Below, piece after piece: positions 46,761-57,498 of a stretch of DNA of 64,000 nt. How positions within the stretch are numbered: position 1 is the first letter of the stretch; each line of letters begins with the position of its first letter. The DNA is from an uncultured Bacilli bacterium. GTDB taxonomy: Bacteria; Bacillota_I; Bacilli_A; RF39; UBA660. Under the pieces are notes generated by a model, which worked only from the letters and a program-made list of their open reading frames with translations, made no database searches and was not told the DNA's origin. Both the position numbers and the translations under genes were made by a program. The DNA lies in assembly GCA_934098375.1 (NCBI GenBank), contig CAKOOC010000001.1:70772-134771 (forward strand), read 5' to 3'.

Positions 46761-48086
46761 ATGAATGACATTTACAAATTTTTAAAATCGTTAGATATTT
46801 ATGAAGATGATAAAGTTGTTTTAGCATGTTCTTATGGCCCGGACTCTATGGCACTTTTAGATATTTTAATAAAATTAAATTTTGATGTGATAGTAGCTCA
46901 TGTTAATCATAAATTACGTAAGGAATCAGATAAAGAATGTGAAGATTTAGCGAAATATTGTAAAGAAAGAAATATTATTTTTGAAACAACTACAATAGAT
47001 GAATATCCTAAAGGAAATACAGAAGCATATGCTAGAACTTTTAGATATAATTACTTTAAGGAAATTATGGCAAGATATAATGCTAAATATTTATTTACAG
47101 CTCATCATGGTGATGATTTAATTGAAACCGTATTAATGCGAATTTCGAGAGGTGCTTCACTTTCTGGTTATGCGGGATTTAGACTTATAACAGAACAAGA
47201 AAATTATAAAATTGCAAGACCTCTTATCTATTTAACAAAAGAAGAAATATTAAATTATAATAAAGAAAATAATATTCCTTATGCAATAGATGAAACTAAC
47301 AATACAGATGATTATACTAGAAATAAGTATCGCCATAAAATTTTACCACTTTTAAAAGAAATAAATCCAAAAATTCATAATAAATTCATAAAGTTTAGTA
47401 ATAATATAACTGAGTGCTCGGATTATATAAATCGAACAGTTAATGAAGTGTTTAAAAATATCTATGTTGATAACCATGTTGATTTAAACAATTTTTATTT
47501 GCTAGATAATTATATTCAAAAAAAATTACTAGAAAAGATATTACTTAATATTTATAAAAATGAAATTAATAAAATTAGTGAAATTCATGTTAGTTTGATT
47601 TTAGATTTAATTTACAGTCCTAAAGTAAATAGTATTATTAATTTACCTGGAAATATACTGGTTGCTAAATTTTATAATATGCTTATTTTTGATTATAAGG
47701 AAAATATAAATGAGTATGACTATAAAATGGAAAATGAAACGATTATAAATGGGGGAATAATAAAATTTATAGATGAATGTGATATTTTAAAAAGTAATTA
47801 TGTTTTAAGATTAAACAAAAAAAATGTAAAATGGCCACTTCATGTTAGAAGTCGCAAAGTAGGTGATAAAATAGCACTTAAAAATGGTACTAAAAAAGTA
47901 GGAGAGATATTAAGTGAGGCAAAAATAATGAAATCAGAAAGAGATATTTATCCAATTGTGTGCGATGATGCTGATAATATTTTGTGGATACCGGGCGTAA
48001 AAAAAAGTAAATATGATAGAAATTATAATGATGATTATGATATAATAGTAAAGTACATTAAAAAAGGAGATCGAAATGAAAAATAA
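46761..48086 (+). CDS. tilS: tRNA(Ile)-lysidine synthase
   Basis: PP-loop-like ACSYGPDSMAL, HVNHKLR and TAHHGDD..ET. Sits immediately upstream of ftsH and overlaps it. Confidence 0.85.
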   Translation: MNDIYKFLKSLDIYEDDKVVLACSYGPDSMALLDILIKLNFDVIVAHVNHKLRKESDKECEDLAKYCKERNIIFETTTIDEYPKGNTEAYARTFRYNYFKEIMARYNAKYLFTAHHGDDLIETVLMRISRGASLSGYAGFRLITEQENYKIARPLIYLTKEEILNYNKENNIPYAIDETNNTDDYTRNKYRHKILPLLKEINPKIHNKFIKFSNNITECSDYINRTVNEVFKNIYVDNHVDLNNFYLLDNYIQKKLLEKILLNIYKNEINKISEIHVSLILDLIYSPKVNSIINLPGNILVAKFYNMLIFDYKENINEYDYKMENETIINGGIIKFIDECDILKSNYVLRLNKKNVKWPLHVRSRKVGDKIALKNGTKKVGEILSEAKIMKSERDIYPIVCDDADNILWIPGVKKSKYDRNYNDDYDIIVKYIKKGDRNEK

Positions 48087-50004
48087 AAATAATTTTGCTA
48101 AGCAAACAATGCCTTATATACTATTATTTATGGTAATAATGGGGATTATGCTTTTTTATGATTTATCAAAATATACTGTTCATAATTTAACTTATGATAA
48201 ATTTATGAGTAATTTGTCAGATGGAACAGTTGAGAAAATTGAAATTACACCAAAGAGCAAGGCTGGTGTTTATGAAATTACAGGAACTTTAGATGGCTAT
48301 GATAAGAATGAATCATTTAAGGTTAATACACCACTTTCTGAAGCGGTTTTGGAAAAAGTAATTAAATATACTGATGAATCTAATATAGAAGTTAAAACAA
48401 ATGAAAATCCTGAAAATAGTAGTTTAGTAACAGTACTTGTAAATATTGTTCCATCTATTTTATTAATTGGGGCGGTTTTATGGTTATTTAATAAGATAAG
48501 TGGCAGCAATAAAAATAGTATGGATTTTGGAAGAAGCAAGGCTAAATTAAATGAAGAAGCTAAAGCACATTTTAGTGATGTTGCCGGATTAGTTGAGGAA
48601 AAAGAAGAAGTTGCAGAATTAATTGATTTCTTAAAAAATCCAAAGAAATTTCAAAAATTAGGAGCTAGAATTCCTAAAGGCGTTTTATTAGTAGGGCCTC
48701 CAGGAACTGGTAAAACATTACTTGCTAAGGCAGTAGCAGGAGAGGCTAATGTACCATTTTATTATATTAGTGGATCTGACTTCGTAGAATTATTTGTTGG
48801 TGTTGGTGCTTCTCGTGTTAGAGATATGTTTAAACAAGCAAAGCAAAGCGCACCATGTTTAATTTTTATAGATGAAATAGATGCTGTTGGTCGTCAAAGA
48901 GGAACAGGATTAGGTGGCGGACATGATGAAAGAGAACAAACACTTAATCAACTTTTAACCGAAATGGACGGTTTTGGTGCTAACGAAGGAATTATAATAA
49001 TAGCAGCAACAAATAGACCAGATGTTTTAGACCCAGCGTTATTAAGACCGGGAAGATTTGATAGACAGGTTACAGTAAGTTTGCCAGATCAAAAAGAAAG
49101 AGAAGCAATTTTAAAAGTTCATGCTAAAAATAAGATTTTTGATAAAAGTGTAAATTTAGAAAATATTTCTAAAAGAACACCAGGATTTAGTGGTGCAGAT
49201 TTAGAAAATCTATTAAATGAAGCGGCTTTACTTGCCGTTAGAAAGAATTTGCCATCTATAACAATGGCAGAAATTGATGAAGCAACTGACAGAGTTTTAA
49301 TGGGACCTGCTAAAGTTAGCCGTACTATTACAGAAAAAGAAAAGAGATTAATTGCGATTCATGAATCAGGACATGCAGTTATTGGCCTAAAATTAAGAGA
49401 TGCTGATGAAGTGCATAAAATTACTATTATACCTAGAGGTGTAGCGGGTGGATATACAATGATGCTTCCTAAAGAAGAGAAAATATCTATCTTAACTAAA
49501 GATGAATTACTTGCTCAGATTACAGGATTGTTAGGTGGCCGAGTTAGTGAAGAACTATATAACGGAGAAATTTCTACTGGAGCATCTGATGATTTTAGTA
49601 GAGCAACAAAAATTGCTAGAGCCATGGTTACTGAATATGGTATGAGTGATTTAGGACCAGTACAACTTGAACATAAAAGTGAAGGCGTATTCTTAGGTAG
49701 AGATTACAATAAGAGTCAAAACTTTAGTGATGCCGTAGCGTTAGAAATAGATCAAGAAGTAAGAAAAATAATTGGTGAATGCTATAAAAAGGCAACTAAA
49801 ATTTTAAAAGAAAATAAAGATTTAGTAATGCTTTTAACTAATACTTTAGTAGAAAAAGAAACAATTACTAAAGAAGAAATTGATGAATTAGTTACAACGG
49901 GAAAACTAAGTGATAAACATGATGTAGATAGTAACTTAAATGATGCAAAAGTTGAAACTAAAGATAAAAAAGAAAAGAAGAAAATAGAAGATTCTACAAA
50001 ATAG
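48076..50004 (+). CDS. ftsH: ATP-dependent zinc metalloprotease FtsH
   Basis: Two N-terminal TMs, AAA module [13 protein letters not shown] and DEIDAV, SRH region, Zn site HESGHA. Confidence 0.96.
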   Translation: MKNKNNFAKQTMPYILLFMVIMGIMLFYDLSKYTVHNLTYDKFMSNLSDGTVEKIEITPKSKAGVYEITGTLDGYDKNESFKVNTPLSEAVLEKVIKYTDESNIEVKTNENPENSSLVTVLVNIVPSILLIGAVLWLFNKISGSNKNSMDFGRSKAKLNEEAKAHFSDVAGLVEEKEEVAELIDFLKNPKKFQKLGARIPKGVLLVGPPGTGKTLLAKAVAGEANVPFYYISGSDFVELFVGVGASRVRDMFKQAKQSAPCLIFIDEIDAVGRQRGTGLGGGHDEREQTLNQLLTEMDGFGANEGIIIIAATNRPDVLDPALLRPGRFDRQVTVSLPDQKEREAILKVHAKNKIFDKSVNLENISKRTPGFSGADLENLLNEAALLAVRKNLPSITMAEIDEATDRVLMGPAKVSRTITEKEKRLIAIHESGHAVIGLKLRDADEVHKITIIPRGVAGGYTMMLPKEEKISILTKDELLAQITGLLGGRVSEELYNGEISTGASDDFSRATKIARAMVTEYGMSDLGPVQLEHKSEGVFLGRDYNKSQNFSDAVALEIDQEVRKIIGECYKKATKILKENKDLVMLLTNTLVEKETITKEEIDELVTTGKLSDKHDVDSNLNDAKVETKDKKEKKKIEDSTK

Positions 50005-50128
50005 AATCTTTTATTATGGTATATTGTGTGATAAAATTATATTTAGACCATGGTAGTTATAAATGTTTATTTAGACAATTATAAATAACTATGTTAAAAT
50101 ATATTTTAGGTAGAAGGCAGTGGTAAAA

Positions 50129-50917
50129 ATGACAAAAGTAATATCTTTAGTAAATCAAAAAGGTGGTGTTGGTAAAACAACTACAAGTATAAATTTGGCT
50201 GCTTCATTAGGTAAATTAGGCAAAAAGTCTCTTTTAATAGATTTGGATCCTCAGGGTAACTGTACTACTGGTTTGGGTGTAAATAAGGGAGATGTAAAAT
50301 ATAGCATTTATGATGTTTTAAATGGTACATGTGAAGCAAAAAAAGCCATTGTAAAAACAGGATTTACTGCGCTTTCTATAATTCCGGCGACAATAAATTT
50401 AGCAGGATTAGATTTTGAACTTATGGAAAAAGGTTATCAAAATGCTGCATTTAAGAAAAATGAACAATTAAGAGATGCACTTGCAGAAATAAAAGATAAT
50501 TATGATTATATTATTATAGATTGTCCTCCTTCATTAGGGCTTCTTACAACAAATGCGTTGGTAGCAAGTGACTCTGTTATTATTCCGGTTCAATGTGAAT
50601 TTTTTGCCTTAGAGGGTATTACACAACTTTTAAATACAATTATTATGACTCAAACTAGATTAAATCCAAATTTAAAAATAGAAGGTGTATTATTAACTTT
50701 ATTAGATTCTAGAACTAATTTAGGTTTAGAAGTTGTTGAGGAAGTAAGAAAGTTTTTTAAAGATAAAGTTTTTAACACTATTATTCCAAGATTAATTAGA
50801 TTGGTAGAAGCGCCAAGTCATGGAGAACCCATTAATGAATATGACCCAACTAGTAGAGCAGCGGAGGCTTATACTAATCTTGCTAAGGAGGTTATAGAGA
50901 GAAATGGAAACCAATAA
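50129..50917 (+). CDS. soj: ParA/Soj chromosome-partitioning ATPase
   Basis: Deviant Walker A NQKGGVGKTTT, DLDPQGN and IIIDCPPSLG. ATG 50129 lies 11 nt after AGAAGG. Confidence 0.92.
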   Translation: MTKVISLVNQKGGVGKTTTSINLAASLGKLGKKSLLIDLDPQGNCTTGLGVNKGDVKYSIYDVLNGTCEAKKAIVKTGFTALSIIPATINLAGLDFELMEKGYQNAAFKKNEQLRDALAEIKDNYDYIIIDCPPSLGLLTTNALVASDSVIIPVQCEFFALEGITQLLNTIIMTQTRLNPNLKIEGVLLTLLDSRTNLGLEVVEEVRKFFKDKVFNTIIPRLIRLVEAPSHGEPINEYDPTSRAAEAYTNLAKEVIERNGNQ

Positions 50918-51800
50918 TAAAAGAAAGGCGCTAGGAAAGGGTTTAGAACAACTATTTAATAGTGAACCGATGAGTTTTGATACATTTGAACAAGAAATTG
51001 TTAATGAAACTAAAGAAAAAGATATTTTAGAAATTCTCATTAGTGAGATTCGTCCTAATCCTTATCAACCAAGAACATATTTTGATCCAGAAGCTTTGCA
51101 AGAACTTGCAGAGTCTATTCGTTTGCATGGAATTATTGAACCAATTATAGTTAAAAAAAGTATTCATGGTTATGAATTAGTAGCAGGGGAAAGAAGGACT
51201 AAAGCGGCAAAAATTGCTGGAAAAGAAACTATACCGGCTATAATAAAAGAGTTTTCTGATCAAGAAATGATGGATATTGCTATTTTAGAAAATATTCAAA
51301 GAGAAGATTTGACACCAGTAGAACTTGCAGAAGGATTTCAAAAATATATTGAAAATAGTGGCTTAACTCAAGAAGAAGTAGCAGTAAGATTTGGTAAAAG
51401 TCGTTCTTATGTTACCAATTTATTAGGACTTTTAACCCTTCCAAAACAGGTTAGAGAAATGATAAACAAAAAAGAATTAAGTGCTAGTCATGCTAGAGTT
51501 TTATCAAAAATTGATGATAGGGATTTAATTATTACTTTGGCTAATCAAGTTGTTAAAGACGGTTTATCAGTTCGTGAATTAGAAAAACTTTGTACAATGG
51601 GAACTTTACCAAAGAGAAAACCTATTAATAGAGTTAGAATAAGACCAATTGTTTATAATAGTTATGAAAATACGCTTAGAGATAAATTAGGATGTAAAGT
51701 TCAAGTAAGTAAAGATAAAATAACAATTCCTTTTGATAGTGATGGAGATTTGGCTAGAATTTTTGAGATACTAAATATAGATTTGGAAGATGAGTATTAA
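50904..51800 (+). CDS. spo0J: ParB/Spo0J partition protein
   Basis: IRPNPYQPR, GI.EPIIV, LVAGERR.KAAK, and HTH LTQEEVAVRFGKSRSYVTN. Confidence 0.92.
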   Translation: METNNKRKALGKGLEQLFNSEPMSFDTFEQEIVNETKEKDILEILISEIRPNPYQPRTYFDPEALQELAESIRLHGIIEPIIVKKSIHGYELVAGERRTKAAKIAGKETIPAIIKEFSDQEMMDIAILENIQREDLTPVELAEGFQKYIENSGLTQEEVAVRFGKSRSYVTNLLGLLTLPKQVREMINKKELSASHARVLSKIDDRDLIITLANQVVKDGLSVRELEKLCTMGTLPKRKPINRVRIRPIVYNSYENTLRDKLGCKVQVSKDKITIPFDSDGDLARIFEILNIDLEDEY

Positions 51801-52618
51801 TGGAATTATTTGACAAAATTATTAAAATAATTAAATCTCCTAAATTTTATGGACCGGTTTTAATTATAATTATTTCTTTAATAATTTATAATATGGTGTC
51901 AGGTTTTATAAATAAAATAACAATTAAAGGAAAAACAGAATTAGAAAAGAAAAAAAGAAAAACTTTAGTGCTTCTTTTTACAAATATTTTTAAATATATT
52001 ATTGTTTTAATTGATGCTTTGATGGTTTTAGATATTTTTGGAGTAAATACGACATCTATTTTGGCTGGTTTAGGAATTGCAGGAGTGGTTATTGGTTTAG
52101 CACTTCAGGATGCTTTAAAAGATATTATAAGTGGTATCAATATTATAATGGATAACTATTATATGGTCGGAGATTTAGTAAAATATGGTGATTTTACGGG
52201 CTATATTGAATCTTTAGGATTAAAAAGTACAAAGATTACGGGATTTAATAATGATACTTTAACTGTTGCTAATAGAAATATTGATAAAATAATTAATCTA
52301 AGTCAGAAGAAAGCGATTATTTATTTATCTATTCCCACGGCCTATGAAAGTAAATTTGAAAAATGTGAAAAAGCTATTAATAAGGCATTAGATGAAATTA
52401 AAAAGTTTGATTATGTAGTATCTAATGAAACTAAATTTTTAGGTATTAATGAACTTGCATCTTCATCAGTAAATTATTATGTGCAAATAAAATGTGATAC
52501 AAAGATGCAGTATGCATGTAAAAGAGCATTTTTAAAATTAATTAAAGAACAATATGAAAAGGATAATATAAAAATACCATACAATCAGATTGAGGTGCAT
52601 CATGGCTCAGATATATAA
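51800..52618 (+). CDS. small-conductance mechanosensitive channel (MscS family)
   Basis: TAATG overlap with parB. Three TMs, then LAGLGIAGVVIGLALQD...GD.V....G.IE..GL..T.I. Confidence 0.8.
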   Translation: MELFDKIIKIIKSPKFYGPVLIIIISLIIYNMVSGFINKITIKGKTELEKKKRKTLVLLFTNIFKYIIVLIDALMVLDIFGVNTTSILAGLGIAGVVIGLALQDALKDIISGINIIMDNYYMVGDLVKYGDFTGYIESLGLKSTKITGFNNDTLTVANRNIDKIINLSQKKAIIYLSIPTAYESKFEKCEKAINKALDEIKKFDYVVSNETKFLGINELASSSVNYYVQIKCDTKMQYACKRAFLKLIKEQYEKDNIKIPYNQIEVHHGSDI

Positions 52619-52793
52619 TATAAATGATAGAGTAATAATGAAAAAACCACATGCGTGTGGTACTAATGAATGGATTATAACTAGAGTTGGGGTTGATATC
52701 AAAATAAAATGTGTAAATTGCAATCGAGAAATAATGCTTGATAGACTAGAATTTGAAAAAAAATTGAGGAGAATTATAAATGAAAAGGATTAA
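52602..52793 (+). CDS. DUF951-family small protein (YyzM-like)
   Basis: ATG 52602 after GAGGTG. ...DRVIMKKPHACGTNEWIITRVG.DIKIKC..C.R. An origin-proximal gene in Bacillus. Confidence 0.7.
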   Translation: MAQIYNINDRVIMKKPHACGTNEWIITRVGVDIKIKCVNCNREIMLDRLEFEKKLRRIINEKD

Positions 52794-54315
52794 AAAAATA
52801 AGAAGAAAAATTGTAATGCATCCTGTGCTAACCTTTTGTTTTTTAATACTTTTTACTATTATAGTAAGTGGTATATTAACATTATTTAATGTAAGTACAT
52901 TTTATTATAAAGTTAATAATAGTGGAGTATTTGTAAAAGAATTTATTAAGCCTGAAAATTTATTTAGTTTATCAGGTCTTAAGTATATTTTTAGTAATGC
53001 AGTATCTAATTTTGCTTCATTTACACCACTATCAATGTTAATTATAACTTTACTTGGTTTTGGTATTATGGAAAAGAGTGGGTTTTTAGATTCATTATTC
53101 TATATTTTAACCAAAAGAACTAATAAAAAAGTAGCAACTTTTACTATGTCTTTAATATGTATTTTAGCATCTATTGGTGGTGATTTATCATATGTAGTTT
53201 TAATTCCACTTTCAGCGGCATTGTTTAAATATGGTAAAAGACATCCAAAAGCAGGAGTTATCTTAGCTTTTGCAAGTATGTCATGTGGTTATGGAATTAA
53301 TATTTTAATGAATAGTATAGATTCGGCATTATTAGAGTATACAAATTTAACATCAGCATTATTTAATATTGATTATGCGATTGGAACGTTAAGTTTTGTT
53401 TTAATAATGTTAATCGCAGCCGTTACTTTGGCATATATTAATACGAATATAACGGAGAAAATTATTATTCCAAAATTAGGACATTATGAACTAATTGATG
53501 AAAAAGAAGATTATTTAACCAAAAGGGAAAAAAGAGGTTTAGTCATTGCTTTATTTGCCGGAACTATTTATTTATTAATATTTATTTATAATATTATTCC
53601 TAATGCACCTTTTGGAGGGAATTTACTAGATTATTCACAAAAGTTATATATAGATAAATTGTTTGGTTATAATTCATTTTTTAATCAAGGATTTGTTTTT
53701 GTGGTAACACTACTATTCTTTATTCTAGGCCTTACTTATGGACTTGGATCTAATAATATAAAAAATGCTAAAGAAGCATTTGATAGTTTAAGTTATTCTT
53801 TAGATAAAATAGGAAAAGTTTTAGTTTTAATATTCTTTGCATCTTCATTAATATTTATTTTTAAGAAGACGAATATCGGAACTATTGTAACCGCATCTTT
53901 ATCTAATTTAATAAATAATTCCGGGTTTACAGGAATACCTCTTATTATGCTGGTATTTTTAGCAAGTGCCTTAGCGACGATTGTGCTTCCAAATAGTGTT
54001 TCAAAATGGTCAATACTTTCTGGATCTACAGTTACAACTTTTATGAATGCGGGATTAAGCCCTGCTTTTGCGACAGTTGTATATAGAGCTGGAGAGTGTG
54101 TTACATATGGATTAACACCTATAATGGCTTATTTTGTTATTTATTTAGCATTTATGATATTATATGATAATAACGAAGAGGGAGATGGCTTATTTGGTAA
54201 TATGAAGTATATTTTACCATATGCAGGATTAACCGCTATAATGTGGATAGTATTATTACTTGCATTTTATATTACAGGTATGCCACTTGGTATTGGAAGT
54301 ACTGTAGGATTATGA
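52780..54315 (+). CDS. AbgT-family (p-aminobenzoyl-glutamate / antimetabolite) transporter
   Basis: 511 aa, polytopic, with N-terminal HPVLTFCFLILF and overall AbgT-like helix/loop pattern. GAGGAG SD. Confidence 0.8.
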   Translation: MKRIKKIRRKIVMHPVLTFCFLILFTIIVSGILTLFNVSTFYYKVNNSGVFVKEFIKPENLFSLSGLKYIFSNAVSNFASFTPLSMLIITLLGFGIMEKSGFLDSLFYILTKRTNKKVATFTMSLICILASIGGDLSYVVLIPLSAALFKYGKRHPKAGVILAFASMSCGYGINILMNSIDSALLEYTNLTSALFNIDYAIGTLSFVLIMLIAAVTLAYINTNITEKIIIPKLGHYELIDEKEDYLTKREKRGLVIALFAGTIYLLIFIYNIIPNAPFGGNLLDYSQKLYIDKLFGYNSFFNQGFVFVVTLLFFILGLTYGLGSNNIKNAKEAFDSLSYSLDKIGKVLVLIFFASSLIFIFKKTNIGTIVTASLSNLINNSGFTGIPLIMLVFLASALATIVLPNSVSKWSILSGSTVTTFMNAGLSPAFATVVYRAGECVTYGLTPIMAYFVIYLAFMILYDNNEEGDGLFGNMKYILPYAGLTAIMWIVLLLAFYITGMPLGIGSTVGL

Positions 54316-54956
54316 TAATAAAAGGATATATTTTAACATATTTGTATTTAGGCTTATTATTGTTTATTACTTATATTCTTAATAAATATTTTAAAGTTAA
54401 TGAAATAATAACAAGAAAACTGATACATATAAATGTATCTTTTTGTTATGTAATTTTTTATCATTATTTAGGAAATAGTTATCATATCATTATTCCACCT
54501 TTAACGTTTATTCTGCTTAATTATTTATCTTATAAAAAAAATATCTTTAAGGGAATGGAAAACAATAAAGAAACTTTAGGAACGGTTTTTTATCCTATTA
54601 GTGTTTTGATTATGGCAATTATTACTTATCTAGTACCAGAGTTTTATCCTTATTTTGGTATCGGCTTATTTTGTATGGCTTTTGGGGATGGACTAGCACC
54701 TTTAATAGCCGGATATTTAAAAAGTATGAAAATATATAATAATAAAACTTTGGTGGGAACTTTAACAGTTTTTATCATTTCGATAATTGTGGTTATTTTA
54801 TTTAATCAAATTTTTACTTTAAATATTGATCTTTTTTCAATTATTTTAATCGGAGTAGTTAGTTCTCTTTTAGAGTTAATTGGAATTAATGGATATGATA
54901 ATCTGTATTTACCTCTTGGAGTGTCTTTATTTAGTTTTATTTTAGGGGTGATTTAA
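54312..54956 (+). CDS. CTP-dependent polyprenol (phytol/dolichol) kinase-like membrane protein (COG0170, CTP_transf_1 superfamily)
   Basis: ATGA overlap with the abgT stop. TRKLIHI, MAFGDGLAPLIAGYLKS...KTLVGTLTVF and ELIGINGYDNLYLPL. Confidence 0.7.
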   Translation: MIIKGYILTYLYLGLLLFITYILNKYFKVNEIITRKLIHINVSFCYVIFYHYLGNSYHIIIPPLTFILLNYLSYKKNIFKGMENNKETLGTVFYPISVLIMAIITYLVPEFYPYFGIGLFCMAFGDGLAPLIAGYLKSMKIYNNKTLVGTLTVFIISIIVVILFNQIFTLNIDLFSIILIGVVSSLLELIGINGYDNLYLPLGVSLFSFILGVI

Positions 54957-54957
54957 A

Positions 54958-55719
54958 ATGTATTTAGCGGTTTTGTTTCCGAGTGTGTTAGCATTATTTG
55001 CATTATATAAAAATAAACTTACTTTACCAGCAATTATTTTAGCGTGGATTTTAGGCATTGTAATTGCTTACTTTGGGGATTTATTTGCTTTTACATCCTT
55101 GGCGCTTACCTTTATTTTAACAATAGCAAGTGATAAACTAAAAATAAAAAAAAATATAGATAATACTTTAAAAGCAGAAAGAAGAAATATTTGGCAAATA
55201 GTTTGTAATATATTAATTCCGGCTTTATGTATAGTGATTTATAAAATAAGTAATGATGAAAAGTTTTACTTACTTTATTTTATGGTGATATGTTCTAGTT
55301 TAGCAGATACACTAGCATCTTCCATTGGTTCTTTATCAAATAAGGGCTGTTTTAATCCGTTAAATTTTAAAAGTATGAAAAAAGGTGAGTCGGGGGCAAT
55401 ATCGTTTCTGGGATTAGGAGCATCTTTAACTGCTGGTATTTTTGTGGGATTACCTTATTTTTTAAAAAAATATATAATTATTAATTATCTTTATATAATT
55501 TTAGTAGGATTTTTAGGAGCGTATTTTGATAGTTTACTAGGATATTTATGTCAGGGAAAGTATGAGTGCTCTAAATGTCATGAGAAGGTAGAGAATAAAT
55601 GGCACTGTGATAGACCTGCTAAATTAATAAAGGGAATTAATTTTATTGATAATAATGTTGTAAATTTTTTGAATAATTTATTTTCTTTTGTGATTGGATA
55701 TTTATTATTGATTATTTAA
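54958..55719 (+). CDS. DUF92 (TMEM19 / VTE6-like, COG1836) membrane protein
   Basis: Starts 1 nt after the upstream stop. GESGAISFLGLGASLTAG and YFDSLLGYLCQGKYECSKCHEKVENKWHC....IDNNVVNFL. Confidence 0.7.
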   Translation: MYLAVLFPSVLALFALYKNKLTLPAIILAWILGIVIAYFGDLFAFTSLALTFILTIASDKLKIKKNIDNTLKAERRNIWQIVCNILIPALCIVIYKISNDEKFYLLYFMVICSSLADTLASSIGSLSNKGCFNPLNFKSMKKGESGAISFLGLGASLTAGIFVGLPYFLKKYIIINYLYIILVGFLGAYFDSLLGYLCQGKYECSKCHEKVENKWHCDRPAKLIKGINFIDNNVVNFLNNLFSFVIGYLLLII

Positions 55720-56057
55720 AAATGAATAATTATAGGTTAAAATAATAGAAAATAATTTAAATGATGTTAACTATACATATAAATTTATTTGTAAATGTTA
55801 GGTTCAAACGAAGAATTTGAACTTTTTTTATTATAAATTTGGAAATTGATAATTTTTTTATTTTCAAAGTTAACATAGCAATAATATAGTAGATATAAAT
55901 AGCAAAGAATTTTTATAGTTCATAATTATATGAAGATAATTTATAATAAAAGTTATAGATAATGATAATCTGATGAAAAAAGTAAATAAATATGAGAGAT
56001 TTTCTTAAACTGCTAGTTATATTATTGTTTTTGTTTTATAATATGATTGGTGATTAC

Positions 56058-57455
56058 ATGAAACTTGATAATGTAAATTATAAAAACATTAACTTTAAAG
56101 ATGTAAAAAAAATATATATGATTGGTATTGGCGGAGTTAGTATGAGTGGTATCGCGTTAATTTTACAAAAATGGGGTTACGAGGTCCTTGGAAGCGACAT
56201 TACAAACACGCTTTTAAGAAGTAAAGGGATTTTAGTAAATGAAAAGCAAATTGCGGAAAATATAACAAGTGACATTGATTTAATCGTTTATACTGCTGCT
56301 ATAAGTGAGGATAATCCGGAACTAGTGGAGGCCAAAAAGCAAAATATTCCGTTAATGGAGCGCGGGGAATTTTTAGGAATTATTACGGGAATGTATAAAA
56401 ATACGATAGGAATTGCGGGTACTCATGGTAAAACGACAACTACATCGATGATTTCGTGCATATTTTTAGAGGCTAATTTGGATCCTACTATTCAGGTAGG
56501 CAGTTATTTATCTAATATTAGCGGTAATTATAGAATTGGCCATAGTGAAAATTTTATTTTAGAATCATGTGAATATAAGGATAGTTTTTTGTATTTTAAA
56601 GAAAAAAGTGGGATTGTTTTAAACATTGATACAGATCATTTAGATTACTTTAAAAATTTAGATAATATTAAGGCTTCCTTTTATAAGTATGTAAGTGGCT
56701 TAGATAAAGACGGTTTTTTAGTTTATAATGCTGATGATGAAAACTCAAAAGAATTAATTAATCATACTAAGGCTAAAGGTGTTAGTTTTGGATTTTTAAA
56801 TGATGCGGCATTTATGGCTGATAAAATTAGTTATGATGATGAAGGGTACGCTAGTTTTGAACTTTTATATAATAAAAAATTTTTAGCAAATATTTCTTTA
56901 TCAGTTCCAGGAAGACAAAATGTTTATGATGCACTGGCGGCGATTGCTCTTTCTTATTCTTATAATATAAAGATAAATGACATTGTAAATGGATTAAAAA
57001 ATTATCATGGTGCAGCGAGAAGATTAGAGTTTAAAGGATATTTTAAAGGCGCTAAGGTATATGATGATTATGGTCATCATCCGACAGAGGTAAAAGCAGT
57101 GGTTAACGCAGTAAGAAACAAAAAATATAATAAAAGTTTTGTTGTATTTGAACCTCATACTTATAGTAGGGTTATAAATCATAAAAGTGAATTTGCTGAA
57201 AGTTTAAAGAATTTTGATAAAATTATTGTAACTGATATATATGCTGCTAGAGAAAAGAATATAAATAATGTCACATCAAAAGATATAGTTATAGAGTTAG
57301 AAAAACTTGGTAAAGAAGCATTATACATAAGTAGTTATGATGATATTATTGACTATTTAAAAGAAAATGTGGAGAAAGATGATATTATTGTTACTTTAGG
57401 GGCTGGAAATGTAACAAAATTAAGTGATTTACTCACAAAAATGGTAATTATTTGA
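56058..57455 (+). CDS. murC: UDP-N-acetylmuramate--L-alanine ligase
   Basis: IYMIGIGGVSMSGIA, GIAGTHGKTTTTSM, DDYGHHPTE and FEPHTYSR. Confidence 0.93.
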   Translation: MKLDNVNYKNINFKDVKKIYMIGIGGVSMSGIALILQKWGYEVLGSDITNTLLRSKGILVNEKQIAENITSDIDLIVYTAAISEDNPELVEAKKQNIPLMERGEFLGIITGMYKNTIGIAGTHGKTTTTSMISCIFLEANLDPTIQVGSYLSNISGNYRIGHSENFILESCEYKDSFLYFKEKSGIVLNIDTDHLDYFKNLDNIKASFYKYVSGLDKDGFLVYNADDENSKELINHTKAKGVSFGFLNDAAFMADKISYDDEGYASFELLYNKKFLANISLSVPGRQNVYDALAAIALSYSYNIKINDIVNGLKNYHGAARRLEFKGYFKGAKVYDDYGHHPTEVKAVVNAVRNKKYNKSFVVFEPHTYSRVINHKSEFAESLKNFDKIIVTDIYAAREKNINNVTSKDIVIELEKLGKEALYISSYDDIIDYLKENVEKDDIIVTLGAGNVTKLSDLLTKMVII

Positions 57456-57498
57456 TAAAAATTAATAATGATGATACAATAATTGATAGGTGGTTTAG

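Noticed and set aside
796-50004. Possibility of an alternative genetic code (TGA=Trp, as in many AT-rich Mollicutes).
   Set aside because: Long conserved genes (nifJ, recG, addA, htpG, ftsH) are uninterrupted under the standard code. Trp positions are encoded by TGG, and TGA is used as a terminator (for example at the 12198-12201 and 54312-54315 overlaps).
50005-51800. parS site and oriC/DnaA-box cluster near parAB.
   Set aside because: I found no CACGTG-centred parS-like palindrome, and only scattered 8/9 matches to TTATCCACA elsewhere (for example inside coding regions near 17270 and 25177). By-eye scanning is fallible, so this is recorded as not found rather than as absent.
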